A DNA stretch of 32,000 nt, taken from the NCBI RefSeq assembly GCF_000237865.1, contig NC_017459.1, positions 570,001 to 602,000 of the forward strand. Reading direction: 5' to 3'. A program made the position numbers and the translations under genes. This stretch comes from Haloquadratum walsbyi C23 (GTDB lineage Archaea > Halobacteriota > Halobacteria > Halobacteriales > Haloferacaceae). Under the pieces are notes generated by a model that worked only from the letters and a program-made list of their open reading frames with translations, was not told where the DNA came from and ran no database searches. Below are positions 1 to 8,143 of this stretch, piece by piece (the stretch's first letter is position 1; every line of letters begins with the position of its first letter).

Positions 1-1609
1 CAAGTGATGATGGTCGTTCTTCGACGCGAAGCCACCCACTATCCGGTCCAGACACCTGTTCAATATTGAACCGACGGACATCTTGATATCCCAGTCGCTC
101 GCTGATATCGGTACTCCGCGTGACACGCTGGGTTGCAACAACCTGCCCGTATGTCACATCGCTTTGCCCGGCTTCTATGTCCGTCTCGTGGTCGACAGTC
201 ACTGTTGAGGATGTTGTTGTCTGTCCTGGCTCGGCAGCATCGATACTGACGTCAAGCCGCCGATCTCCTTCATCTGCAGTTGCACCAGCTGCCACCGAGA
301 CCTCAACACTCTGTGTTGATTGTGCTGAGATTGTGTCTGGTGCTGAGACAATATCTGCACGCAAACCGCTCCCGCTCACTGACGCATCGACATCCTGAAT
401 ATCCATTGGGAGATCACCACCATTTTCCACAGCGACACGAACAGTCTCACTGAATGACTCACGCTCTGCCTGCGGTTCGTCAAATGAAATAATCTTATTA
501 CTTGCCCCGACAGCACCGTAGTATGCTGGATATATAACCCGTGCATCAAATCTGAGATTCGCACTCACGCCGTCCGGATCTGCGGGTCGGAACGTAGCTA
601 TCCACTCAAGTTGCTCATATTGTTCAGCATCGTCACTTGCCTGAATTGACACACTTCCATCGTCAGACCCTCCTGCAGAGATTCGATTTGGCGGTGATAA
701 AGAAAGTGATCCATCCCCACTCCGGCGTGTGTAGTCGACATCAATATCTTCGACTGATTCATCACCACCCTCCTCTCTGAGTGTAAATGATTCTTCTGTC
801 GACTCGCCTATGAGAACATCACCAAGATCAATCGTTCGATCCGACGCCGAAAGAACTGGTGCCTTGATAATCGCAACATTAATTCCAAATGACTCTGAGC
901 TACCAGTTGAGTCAGAAACTATCACATCAATTGTGTATGTTCCTTCTGAGACCGAGTCTGAGGCGGTGATTTGCGCATTCACCGATTCACGAGAGCCCGC
1001 TCGAATCTCTCCAGGTGAAGTGAGATCAACACGAATCCCTGATGGGCTATTATCGACTGATGCTGAAATCCCTGTCATAACGCCATCACCCACATTTGGT
1101 ATCTCAACATCAACCGTGGCTGACTCAGTTGATCTACCCTTGAACTTAATTTCAGTGCGCTTTCCATCCACCGACCCAAAGCGTGGCTCTAACACATTGA
1201 CATCAACTGAGAGACTCTCAGAATATGATCCGCCACCACTGACATCAACCGTCGGTCTAAAGGAGTATGTTCTTTCGTCTGCACCACTTCGCGCTGTTGC
1301 TCTATATTCAATTGTGTACCGCTGTCCATTCCGAACGGTAAATGAGCTAGCACTCTGTAATTCAAATGTCACGTCACCACCTGCCTGGTCCTCACTCCGC
1401 GGTGTGACACTTGCCGTTCCATTTGCATTCGCGGTGAATGTATAGCTCAATCTCGTTGAATCGCTATCATTGTCTTCAGCTGATTGAATCTGTACCGTGC
1501 CACTTTCTGCGGCGGTTGCAACACCTCCCGCAGCAATCATCGATATAATGAGAAGAGCAATTACAGCTACCTGCAAAGTGGCACTTTGACATCGGCTCAA
1601 CTCACCCAC
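1..1609 (-). CDS. Predicted secreted / cell-surface protein with N-terminal signal-anchor and repeated acidic beta-rich modules. Only the 5' portion is present; the gene runs off the left edge of the window.
   Basis: Hand translation of the - strand shows the frame open from the in-frame stop at 1655-1657 down to position 1. It is open-ended, so it is absent from the ORF track. From GTG 1609 (or TTG 1600) it reads VGELSRCQSATLQVAVIALLIISMIAAGGVATAAESGTVQIQSAEDNDSDSTRLSYTFTANANG... That is a charged N-terminus, one hydrophobic helix, then D/E/T/S/V-rich sequence typical of halophile exported proteins (e.g. TYTIDVIVSDSTGSSESFGINV, SVEVSVAAGATADEGDRRLDVSI). GTG 1609 overlaps the stop (1602-1604) of the upstream gene. 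The + strand ORFs 120..398 and 810..1445 are antisense shadows of this frame. Confidence 0.6.
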   Translation of the reverse strand, partial: MGELSRCQSATLQVAVIALLIISMIAAGGVATAAESGTVQIQSAEDNDSDSTRLSYTFTANANGTASVTPRSEDQAGGDVTFELQSASSFTVRNGQRYTIEYRATARSGADERTYSFRPTVDVSGGGSYSESLSVDVNVLEPRFGSVDGKRTEIKFKGRSTESATVDVEIPNVGDGVMTGISASVDNSPSGIRVDLTSPGEIRAGSRESVNAQITASDSVSEGTYTIDVIVSDSTGSSESFGINVAIIKAPVLSASDRTIDLGDVLIGESTEESFTLREEGGDESVEDIDVDYTRRSGDGSLSLSPPNRISAGGSDDGSVSIQASDDAEQYEQLEWIATFRPADPDGVSANLRFDARVIYPAYYGAVGASNKIISFDEPQAERESFSETVRVAVENGGDLPMDIQDVDASVSGSGLRADIVSAPDTISAQSTQSVEVSVAAGATADEGDRRLDVSIDAAEPGQTTTSSTVTVDHETDIEAGQSDVTYGQVVATQRVTRSTDISERLGYQDVRRFNIEQVSGPDSGWLRVEERPSSL

Positions 1610-2798
1610 GGAGCATCGCCCCCAGAAGTAATGAATCGCCGCGCGTGGCAGCTGTCATATCACGTTGCCACAAGGCTACCCGCCAGCCGATGATTCCGAT
1701 GATAATCCCAGTAATAGTACTATACCCAAGAATAAGTGTCGTACTCGCGACTGCCAGTGTATCACGCCGTTGGGCAGCAGCTGATTGTGTTGACTGCACC
1801 GTTTCAAGACGCTCTGTCATCTCATGTTTTTCAGCGATTTCGGTTGCTTGGTCCGCGTCATCAACAGCTTCCGTGGCGGATCGATACTGCTCAAAAACTC
1901 CGGCACCGTACGCACTGATCGCGGTTCCTGCTCCATCGCAGTTTGAGCAGGCCGAAATAAATGTCTGCGCTGAAGCGACAGATGCGTTTAATTCGTCGCG
2001 ATCGCGCTGAAATGTCTGTTTAAGTCGGTCAACTCGAATAAGTATCTGCGCATATCGTTCTGTTGAACCTGCTCGTTGGTATGCTCGTGCAGCGTCTTCA
2101 AGTGCTTTAATCCGGGTCTCTGTTGCACTGACCGTCTCAGCTCGTGATTGCAATTCTTGGCCAGTATCTGCATAAAACCGATCAATCGAAACACCAGCTA
2201 AGGCAGCGTACTGTCCACCCCCAGCTGTTGAACGTAGTTTTTCACCGACAACTGTGGTATTTTCTGCAGCGCGTATCGCCGCCTCGTATTCACCTGCCTG
2301 TTGTCGGTCATATGCGGTTGCGAATGTCTGTAACAGATCTAAAACAAGCCGCATCCGTGCTTGTTCAGCAGCGGTGAAATCACCAATCTGTACGGCAAAC
2401 ACAGCCTGTGATCGAATCACTTCGAACTCGCTATAACTGGTGTACGCGTTGTTTTGCTCAAGTCTGCGGAATGCAGCAAGGTAAGCACCAGCCGATTGTG
2501 GACTATCGCTGGATACACTTACATTATCATCTGTCTGTGTTATTGGTGTCTGATCAAACGTGTTTTGCGTGACTTCATCTGATTGTCCATATCCAGACAG
2601 TGCTGTTTCTCTTACCGCTTCTACCGGTATCCTCGTCTGGGCCATCGCCGCTCTCCGTTCAACAGTAGGTGCTGTCTTTACAATATCTGATTGTGCCGTA
2701 TTGGTGCTCGTTGCCGTTCCAGCTCCTGGAACAATCCCGGTAAAGGCAAACGCAATAATAACCAGAATGATCGCATAGTTTCTCCAGCATGGTGTCAT
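1602..2798 (-). CDS. Membrane-anchored protein with N-terminal signal/TM helix, about 340 aa Ala/Gln/Glu-rich helical domain predicted to be extracytoplasmic, and C-terminal TM anchor. Function unknown.
   Basis: The ORF track gives 1602..2804 with a GTG start. An ATG at 2798 lies 6 nt downstream of a GAGGTG Shine-Dalgarno-like motif, so I prefer it. N-terminal hydrophobic segment NYAIILVIIAFAFTGIVPGAG. Long helical-looking middle (AAFRRLEQNNAYTSYSEFEVIRSQ, RIKALEDAARAYQRAGSTERYAQILIRVDRLKQTFQRDRDEL). C-terminal TM TTLILGYSTITGIIIGIIGWRVALW followed by a basic tail. I recognise no family. Confidence 0.6.
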   Translation of the reverse strand: MTPCWRNYAIILVIIAFAFTGIVPGAGTATSTNTAQSDIVKTAPTVERRAAMAQTRIPVEAVRETALSGYGQSDEVTQNTFDQTPITQTDDNVSVSSDSPQSAGAYLAAFRRLEQNNAYTSYSEFEVIRSQAVFAVQIGDFTAAEQARMRLVLDLLQTFATAYDRQQAGEYEAAIRAAENTTVVGEKLRSTAGGGQYAALAGVSIDRFYADTGQELQSRAETVSATETRIKALEDAARAYQRAGSTERYAQILIRVDRLKQTFQRDRDELNASVASAQTFISACSNCDGAGTAISAYGAGVFEQYRSATEAVDDADQATEIAEKHEMTERLETVQSTQSAAAQRRDTLAVASTTLILGYSTITGIIIGIIGWRVALWQRDMTAATRGDSLLLGAMLRG

Positions 2799-2921
2799 GC
2801 CCACACCTCGACGCGTTCATCGACCTCCGATTTCGTCCGCAGTTTCTCCGGTGCACACATATATCGATTCGGATTGTAACGCTGTACGTAATCGAAATTG
2901 ATATTCGTTTCTCTACTCATT

Positions 2922-5900
2922 CTAGTATACGGTTCGTTCCATTCGTTCTCGCAGAGGATCGTGTTCAAATAGCTCTTCAACAGCGTTCAGTAATGCTTCT
3001 GCGACAGCAACAAACGCTGCTGATTCTACCTGATCAGTCGTATTTTGATCTCTAACCATTGTTGTTACAGATTCAACCATTTCTCTGGCAGGTGCAACCT
3101 CGGCGACATCACCAACCGCCGATGAAACTGCTTCATCAACCTCTCCAATTTGTTCGTTCACCACACTTCGCTGCTGTCCGATATCCTCGCGAGCGAGCGA
3201 TGTAATTCGACTGATATCAACAGACCCACGCCATGTAACCGATACTTCAGCCATGTTCGAGCATGCTGAAAATAAATCGACGTTTCGCTTTGAGGTCATG
3301 ACTGATTCCACAGTGTCAGCACTCGTTTCGATGGCATCAAGTAACGACTCTGCAACTGCGTCAGGGCGGGCATTACCACCAGCCGTCAAGAGCTCATATC
3401 CACTCGATGGGATACGCTCAACCGAACGAAGTGCTTTTGCGAGAACACTTGCATAATACAGCGGAATTGCACTATCACGGCGCTCAATCGATCCTATTTC
3501 ATCAACACGGCGCTCGAGTTGGCGTCGACGGTTGCTAAGCTCAGATGGAAGTCGATAATCAAATGAAACTGGTAGTTCGATTTGCTCTGTCTCACCATCG
3601 ATAACTCTAATTTCTCGTTTACTCTCGGTAAATGCATTATCGTATTCTGAGAGATCCGGTTTGACAGTATATGACCCGACTGGAGTATTCTTGAATATGA
3701 CCGAGCCATTTGTATCCGGGTCAAGGACTGCTTTATTACCAGTTTCCTCTCGGATAGCGATAATAGGCACAGTCGAGACTGGTTCATCACCAATTGTGAT
3801 GGTTGCGTGAATCTCTCCAATGAGTTGCCGCATTTGGATATCAACCTGTGCTTGACCCTCTCCGACTGCTACTGTTTGGGTCGTTTTCTCATATTGATCA
3901 TGATCAGCAGTTATGTCAACTTCTGATACTGATAATGGCACTTGTTGTCGCCACTGACCGCGCTGATCCGTCTGTCCGCGATAGGATTGTTTTTGAGAGT
4001 TGTCAGTAACTTCAGCTGTTATCTTAGCTCCCGCAATTGGGCTCGGATCCTGAGAACCCGATTGATCAATCGTCTTCACCGCGAGTTGTTGCCCGTCAAA
4101 CCTGAGTGTGATACGACTTTCAGTACCGTCCACAGACGCTTTCGCCTGCTTTTGTTGCCCATTAACCACTGCTGTTGCTTGGACATGTCCCTGCCGCATC
4201 GAGATTGTTTCACTTCCACCAGACACAGAAATTAATTTCGAGTTTGACGCTGAGGACGATTGTGGCTTGATTGTGACATCGACTTCTCGCTCGATTGGAG
4301 TACCCGTCGCATCACGTAACTGAATCCGTAATGTGCCTGTTTTGTAGGAGGAAGTAGTCGTCTGTCCTGCTGGCTCCGCTCCAGTTTCAACTGAAAGATA
4401 CGTGATAATCATACTGGAGGTGATAAGTCCATATACGAGCCCATATAATGAATTTTGAATATTACCCAGGTCAATGACTATCGCTGCGAGCGATATTATC
4501 AGCACTACGAGACAGCCCCCAATGATACTAAGCATTGCAGCACCGATATCATCCTCCGCAAGCGATGTCGTCCTCAGTTCGCCCCATCCAGCAGTAACAG
4601 CGACGCTGACGAGCAACGTCGTCAACACTGTCAGTACTAAAGAATCGTTGCTGTACGCCCACCAGCTGAATAGTAATATAAATACAACTGCGGCAATACC
4701 TACACCAATACTAGTCGCACGTGGGAGTGACTGTGTCCGACGCACCACGCTTGCACCACCGAGCACGACGACCCCAAGGACACCACTCAACACGAGTAAT
4801 ACCGGATTATCACCCCCGAGAATCGTTGCAATTAGCCCTTCTGAACTGTCGTCGGGTGATTGACCACCTGAGATCTGCGATGCGCCTTCGCCACTGGATC
4901 CAGACGCAATGTTGACATTCCAGATTGTCCCATCTTCATCAACAAGTAAGACGGATTCATTCTCCGGAATCGGATACCCACTTGCGTTAATACCCGATGA
5001 CATACTGGTCACGGAATACTGAGTATAGGAATCATTCTGCGCTATCCAAAGTGTTGCCTGCCCAGATACTTCAGATCCGCCATCCACTATAATCTGATCT
5101 GTACTAGTATTCCAGGTTGCCGTCTGTCTTTGTGACTGAATATTAATTACGTCGTTCGGGGATCCTCGTCCGTCATATACGATATTTCTGACTGCTCCAT
5201 TTTTCTGCTCAATTGTAATACTGAGTGTGTTTGCGAATCGAACTTGTCCAGGGACCGTGAGCGATTGAGTATCGGTAACTTCCTGTGTCTGTGTGTATGT
5301 CCCGTCTGGATTCTTTGTTTGGACAGTCAATGTATACTCTTTACCAGGTGTAATAAGTGGATGCGATATGCTCTGCTGTTGAGCGCTCTTACTACCGGTG
5401 ATTTCTGGACGAGGGTTCTGTTCTGTGGTAATCGTGTATTGTTGCGTTGACCCATCCGGCAGAACACGGACATCTATATTACTCGTGAGTGCGACGCCAG
5501 TATCGAGAAACGCTTTCTGTCGGACTACGATTGCACGCTCATCTGAACGATACTCGCCGATAATGGTTTGACTAAGACCGTTTTGAGAAATCTGAATCGG
5601 GACCTCTGCTTCTGGAACTCCAATCACTGTCGATGAGGGAATTTTGATACCATCAGATGTGATCTGTGGGGTACCATCCCCCTTTTTAACATAACGGAGG
5701 TCTGCGTTTGTCGATCCAGTCTTGTTCTGATTTACCACAGTCAATGTAATATTAGCAGATTTGAGATTGAGATTCCGATCATTGCTGATATTCCGTATGT
5801 TGAATGTAATTGATTGACTCTGATTGAACGAAGTCGGCTTGTTATCAATGACAGTCTGCCCAGCGACGGTGACATTAACTGGCTCTGTCCCGTTGATCTC

Positions 5901-6212
5901 AAATCCTGAGGGCGTGACAGTGACCTCTCCGCTGTTATTATTCACACTCACATCAATCGAGGCAGCCGAGGCAGTTCCGACCCAATCAAAAGCAACTCCG
6001 CCAACAGCAAACACACACACAGCAACAATAATTAAAATGCAGACCCGGCGAGCAATCATCCATACTTGAGTATCAGTATCATCCTCACGCTGTCTTGGGG
6101 GACCCGTCTGCATCTGCTGACCTGATTGTGATTGTGACTGTGGGCATGCTTGAGACGTTTCAGACGATTCGATTGATGCGTGTGGTCGTGTGTATGGATG
6201 CGATGTACTCAT
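2922..6212 (-). CDS. Giant polytopic membrane protein (about 1096 aa). It has a short cytoplasmic N-terminus, a TM helix, an extracytoplasmic beta-rich domain of about 480 aa, a bundle of about 5 TM helices, three cytoplasmic CarboxypepD_reg-like beta modules and a helical acidic tail.
   Basis: The ORF track gives 2922..6341, but its first 43 codons (MRRQTAVSQVRSIVLRERHSRRDDFDRSNRILRIIFRIILGEY) overlap the upstream gene by 125 nt and are basic and non-halophilic. ATG 6212 (MSTSHPYTRPH...) lies 4 nt after the upstream stop, with GGGTGA just upstream. TM1 is VCILIIVAVCVFAVGGVAFDWVG. The later TM bundle includes VLLVLSGVLGVVVLGGASVV, IGVGIAAVVFILLFSWWAY, LVLTVLTTLLVSVAVTAGWG, MLSIIGGCLVVLIISLAAIVI and LYGLVYGLITSSMIITYLSV. 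Beta modules are seen at e.g. IAGAKITAEVTDNSQKQSYRGQTDQRGQW and GSVIFKNTPVGSYTVKP. Confidence 0.7.
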   Translation of the reverse strand: MSTSHPYTRPHASIESSETSQACPQSQSQSGQQMQTGPPRQREDDTDTQVWMIARRVCILIIVAVCVFAVGGVAFDWVGTASAASIDVSVNNNSGEVTVTPSGFEINGTEPVNVTVAGQTVIDNKPTSFNQSQSITFNIRNISNDRNLNLKSANITLTVVNQNKTGSTNADLRYVKKGDGTPQITSDGIKIPSSTVIGVPEAEVPIQISQNGLSQTIIGEYRSDERAIVVRQKAFLDTGVALTSNIDVRVLPDGSTQQYTITTEQNPRPEITGSKSAQQQSISHPLITPGKEYTLTVQTKNPDGTYTQTQEVTDTQSLTVPGQVRFANTLSITIEQKNGAVRNIVYDGRGSPNDVINIQSQRQTATWNTSTDQIIVDGGSEVSGQATLWIAQNDSYTQYSVTSMSSGINASGYPIPENESVLLVDEDGTIWNVNIASGSSGEGASQISGGQSPDDSSEGLIATILGGDNPVLLVLSGVLGVVVLGGASVVRRTQSLPRATSIGVGIAAVVFILLFSWWAYSNDSLVLTVLTTLLVSVAVTAGWGELRTTSLAEDDIGAAMLSIIGGCLVVLIISLAAIVIDLGNIQNSLYGLVYGLITSSMIITYLSVETGAEPAGQTTTSSYKTGTLRIQLRDATGTPIEREVDVTIKPQSSSASNSKLISVSGGSETISMRQGHVQATAVVNGQQKQAKASVDGTESRITLRFDGQQLAVKTIDQSGSQDPSPIAGAKITAEVTDNSQKQSYRGQTDQRGQWRQQVPLSVSEVDITADHDQYEKTTQTVAVGEGQAQVDIQMRQLIGEIHATITIGDEPVSTVPIIAIREETGNKAVLDPDTNGSVIFKNTPVGSYTVKPDLSEYDNAFTESKREIRVIDGETEQIELPVSFDYRLPSELSNRRRQLERRVDEIGSIERRDSAIPLYYASVLAKALRSVERIPSSGYELLTAGGNARPDAVAESLLDAIETSADTVESVMTSKRNVDLFSACSNMAEVSVTWRGSVDISRITSLAREDIGQQRSVVNEQIGEVDEAVSSAVGDVAEVAPAREMVESVTTMVRDQNTTDQVESAAFVAVAEALLNAVEELFEHDPLRERMERTVY

Positions 6213-6216
6213 ATAC

Positions 6217-7449
6217 TCACCCAGAATTATCCGAAAGATAATCCTCAAGATTCTGTTTGATCTGTCGAAATCGTCGCGGCGGGAATGTCTCTCCCTCAAG
6301 ACTATCGACCTCACTTGAGAGACCGCTGTCTGTCGCCTCATCCATCATTCGTTCGAATTTTGACCATGAGACATCTAATAGTGGATCAAGATCGAACCCA
6401 CCGAATAATAACAGCACATCGATACTATCTCGACGAGACTGATGTGGTGTGAGCGTCGGCATCTGATGAACAACATTATCCATCCCATTGCTTGCAAGCC
6501 ACCGTTGGAGGCGACGTTCAAGACCAGCCTCTGAGTATTCACCACTATCGATTGCGTGTTGTGGGACCCGAACAATCGCGTACACAACTTTTGCGGTAGC
6601 CGGATCCATTGGTATAAAAAGATTATCTGCGGCTTTATCAAAAAGCAATTCTAACTCAAATATTGATGGCTGCTCCATGGCAGTCCCGGCAGTAAAATGA
6701 TATTCATCAAGCCGCCGTGGCCATGCAATAAGATCTCGAACGTCGACCACACTGTACGTCTCTCGACCAGCGCTAATCATCATATCAACTGCTTCAATCG
6801 CATTTCGATTAACCGTCTCATGACGACTTTCGTCATCCTCTCCAAGTTCTTCATCGTTTGAGACATGTGAGTTTGAGATTAATAATACCATCTCAGCGTT
6901 TTGACTCCCATCATACCATCGAAGTAACCGTGAAAGTCCGGAAACAGCATTAAAATGACGTTGCCCTCCCTCAAAATCATATGGCCATGCCGCGAGAGCA
7001 ACATGCGTGACATCGCGCATCGCATTTGTTGGTGGGTTATTTTTCAAACTATCAATAATATATGGCACTGAGCCATTCCCTGTCCCGCCGCCAAGAGTCG
7101 TCATATAGAGAAATGCATCTGCTTCATCAACCCCACCAGTGGTGATTGCCTCTGTAATTCGTGTTTCATCAACTGCAGCGCATTGCTCACCACCAGGGAA
7201 GTAATTTCCAACACCGTCGAGCGGACCGAACTCAAGCGTGTGATCAGCTCTAATATCCTGAATGTCGATTGTATTCTGTTCAATACGGTCAATTGTGTTT
7301 GCGATGTCTGCGCGATTCGTGTTCATGACTAATACCCGGTCATCGATTCCAGGATTCTCAGTGCGACTGAACAGTGTCGATGCCATCCGGCCACCCCCCT
7401 CACCCGATGCGAGAACGGCCCAGCGCGTGTACGTGTCTGATTGGGACAT
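6217..7449 (-). CDS. Tubulin/FtsZ-superfamily GTPase, divergent paralog (410 aa)
   Basis: The GTP-binding loops can be read directly. T1 is AVLASGEGGGRMAS. T3 is GVGNYFPGGEQ (compare tubulin GAGNNWA). T4 is the tubulin signature TTLGGGTGNGSVPYII. T5/H5 is WPYDFEGGQRHFNAVSGLSRL (compare the FtsZ PFxFEGxxR...A..G pattern). T6 is LLISNSH. A T7-like VVDVRD matches the xxDxxD pattern. The C-terminal region is acidic. Confidence 0.85.
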   Translation of the reverse strand: MSQSDTYTRWAVLASGEGGGRMASTLFSRTENPGIDDRVLVMNTNRADIANTIDRIEQNTIDIQDIRADHTLEFGPLDGVGNYFPGGEQCAAVDETRITEAITTGGVDEADAFLYMTTLGGGTGNGSVPYIIDSLKNNPPTNAMRDVTHVALAAWPYDFEGGQRHFNAVSGLSRLLRWYDGSQNAEMVLLISNSHVSNDEELGEDDESRHETVNRNAIEAVDMMISAGRETYSVVDVRDLIAWPRRLDEYHFTAGTAMEQPSIFELELLFDKAADNLFIPMDPATAKVVYAIVRVPQHAIDSGEYSEAGLERRLQRWLASNGMDNVVHQMPTLTPHQSRRDSIDVLLLFGGFDLDPLLDVSWSKFERMMDEATDSGLSSEVDSLEGETFPPRRFRQIKQNLEDYLSDNSG

Positions 7450-7480
7450 ATATATCGGTATACGTGCAGTGTGTAGTTGT

Positions 7481-7488
7481 ATTTATAT
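7481..7488 (-). promoter_or_regulatory. Candidate TATA box (ATATAAAT on - strand) for the 6217-7449 tubulin-like gene
   Basis: An AT-rich octamer lies 32-39 nt upstream of ATG 7449. This is compatible with a haloarchaeal promoter giving a very short leader. Based on position and sequence only. Confidence 0.25.
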
Positions 7489-7863
7489 GTGTGCTCGATG
7501 TCAACTGCGATTGCGTCTTAGTATCGTTGTTGGTTTGATTGCGTTTTTTATTTTGTCTGTGTTCTTGCTGCAGATGGATATCACAAAGCAAGGTTCAATA
7601 TCTCACATAATAGCCGATCCTGTCGGCATATCGATATCCAGAGTGGCTTCTTGAAGTAACCTACTGATGATACTGCTGTCTGGATTGCTACCGTGTCGGC
7701 TTACTTCCAAATAGTCATTATCCATATACACGATGATGAGTTAATCCGAATGGTATTCGCTGATATATATTTTCGATTCGTATCATCATATATACATTTT
7801 TAATTCAGTGCTAACTCATTGATGCATATAATTACATGCGAACGTGTATATGTAAGTCTAGTT

Positions 7864-8080
7864 GTGATTGACATCCTCCTCCACATAAACGCGGAGGAAT
7901 CCTGAGCGTGAGCATTAGAGATTTCAGGTTTGCAGTTCCACCGAACCCCGCATGGTGAGAATCCGTGTGGGGTTCACAAACTGTGACGGGGCGAGTGGGA
8001 CTGCTGGGAGTGCCACATCTCAGCGTGGCTATTGCAGCGTAGGATTCATCCTGTGGCTGAACCCGTAGGTATTCTCCTTG
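7864..8080 (-). repeat. Copy 1 of a noncoding repeat family (MITE-like or structured-RNA-like), read on the - strand
   Basis: The reverse complement shares ordered blocks with 23243-23420 (+): AAGGAG(A/T)AT, GAT(G/T)TGGCACTCCCA, CTGCA(AA)CCTGAAA(T/C)TC(T/C)C and GGATTCCTCCGCGTT(T/C)(A/G)TGGA(G/A)GAGGAT(G/A)TCAA(T/C). Spacing between the GGCACTCCCA and GGATTCCTCC blocks is similar (113 vs 121 nt). It contains a TCCTCC...GGAGGA hairpin. Boundaries are approximate. Confidence 0.55.
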
Positions 8081-8143
8081 ACCCTGTATAATAGAAATCA
8101 TGTGTGCATTTTTATGTTATTCTCAACGACAGTATGAAGTAGC

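Noticed and set aside
120-1445. Plus-strand ORFs 120..398 and 810..1445 as genes
   Set aside because: They lie antisense to a continuous, open-ended minus-strand frame with halophile-like acidic composition and a signal-anchor. Their own products are Ser/Thr/Val/Pro-rich shadow translations with no motif.
7832-8101. ORF 7832..8101 (-) and ORF 23251..23529 (+) as a small protein family
   Set aside because: Both overlie the two repeat copies. They are basic and Cys/Pro/Arg-rich, one uses a TTG start, and their similarity is limited to what the nucleotide repeat dictates (IPPR from GGATTCCTCCGCG). A noncoding repeat is more parsimonious.
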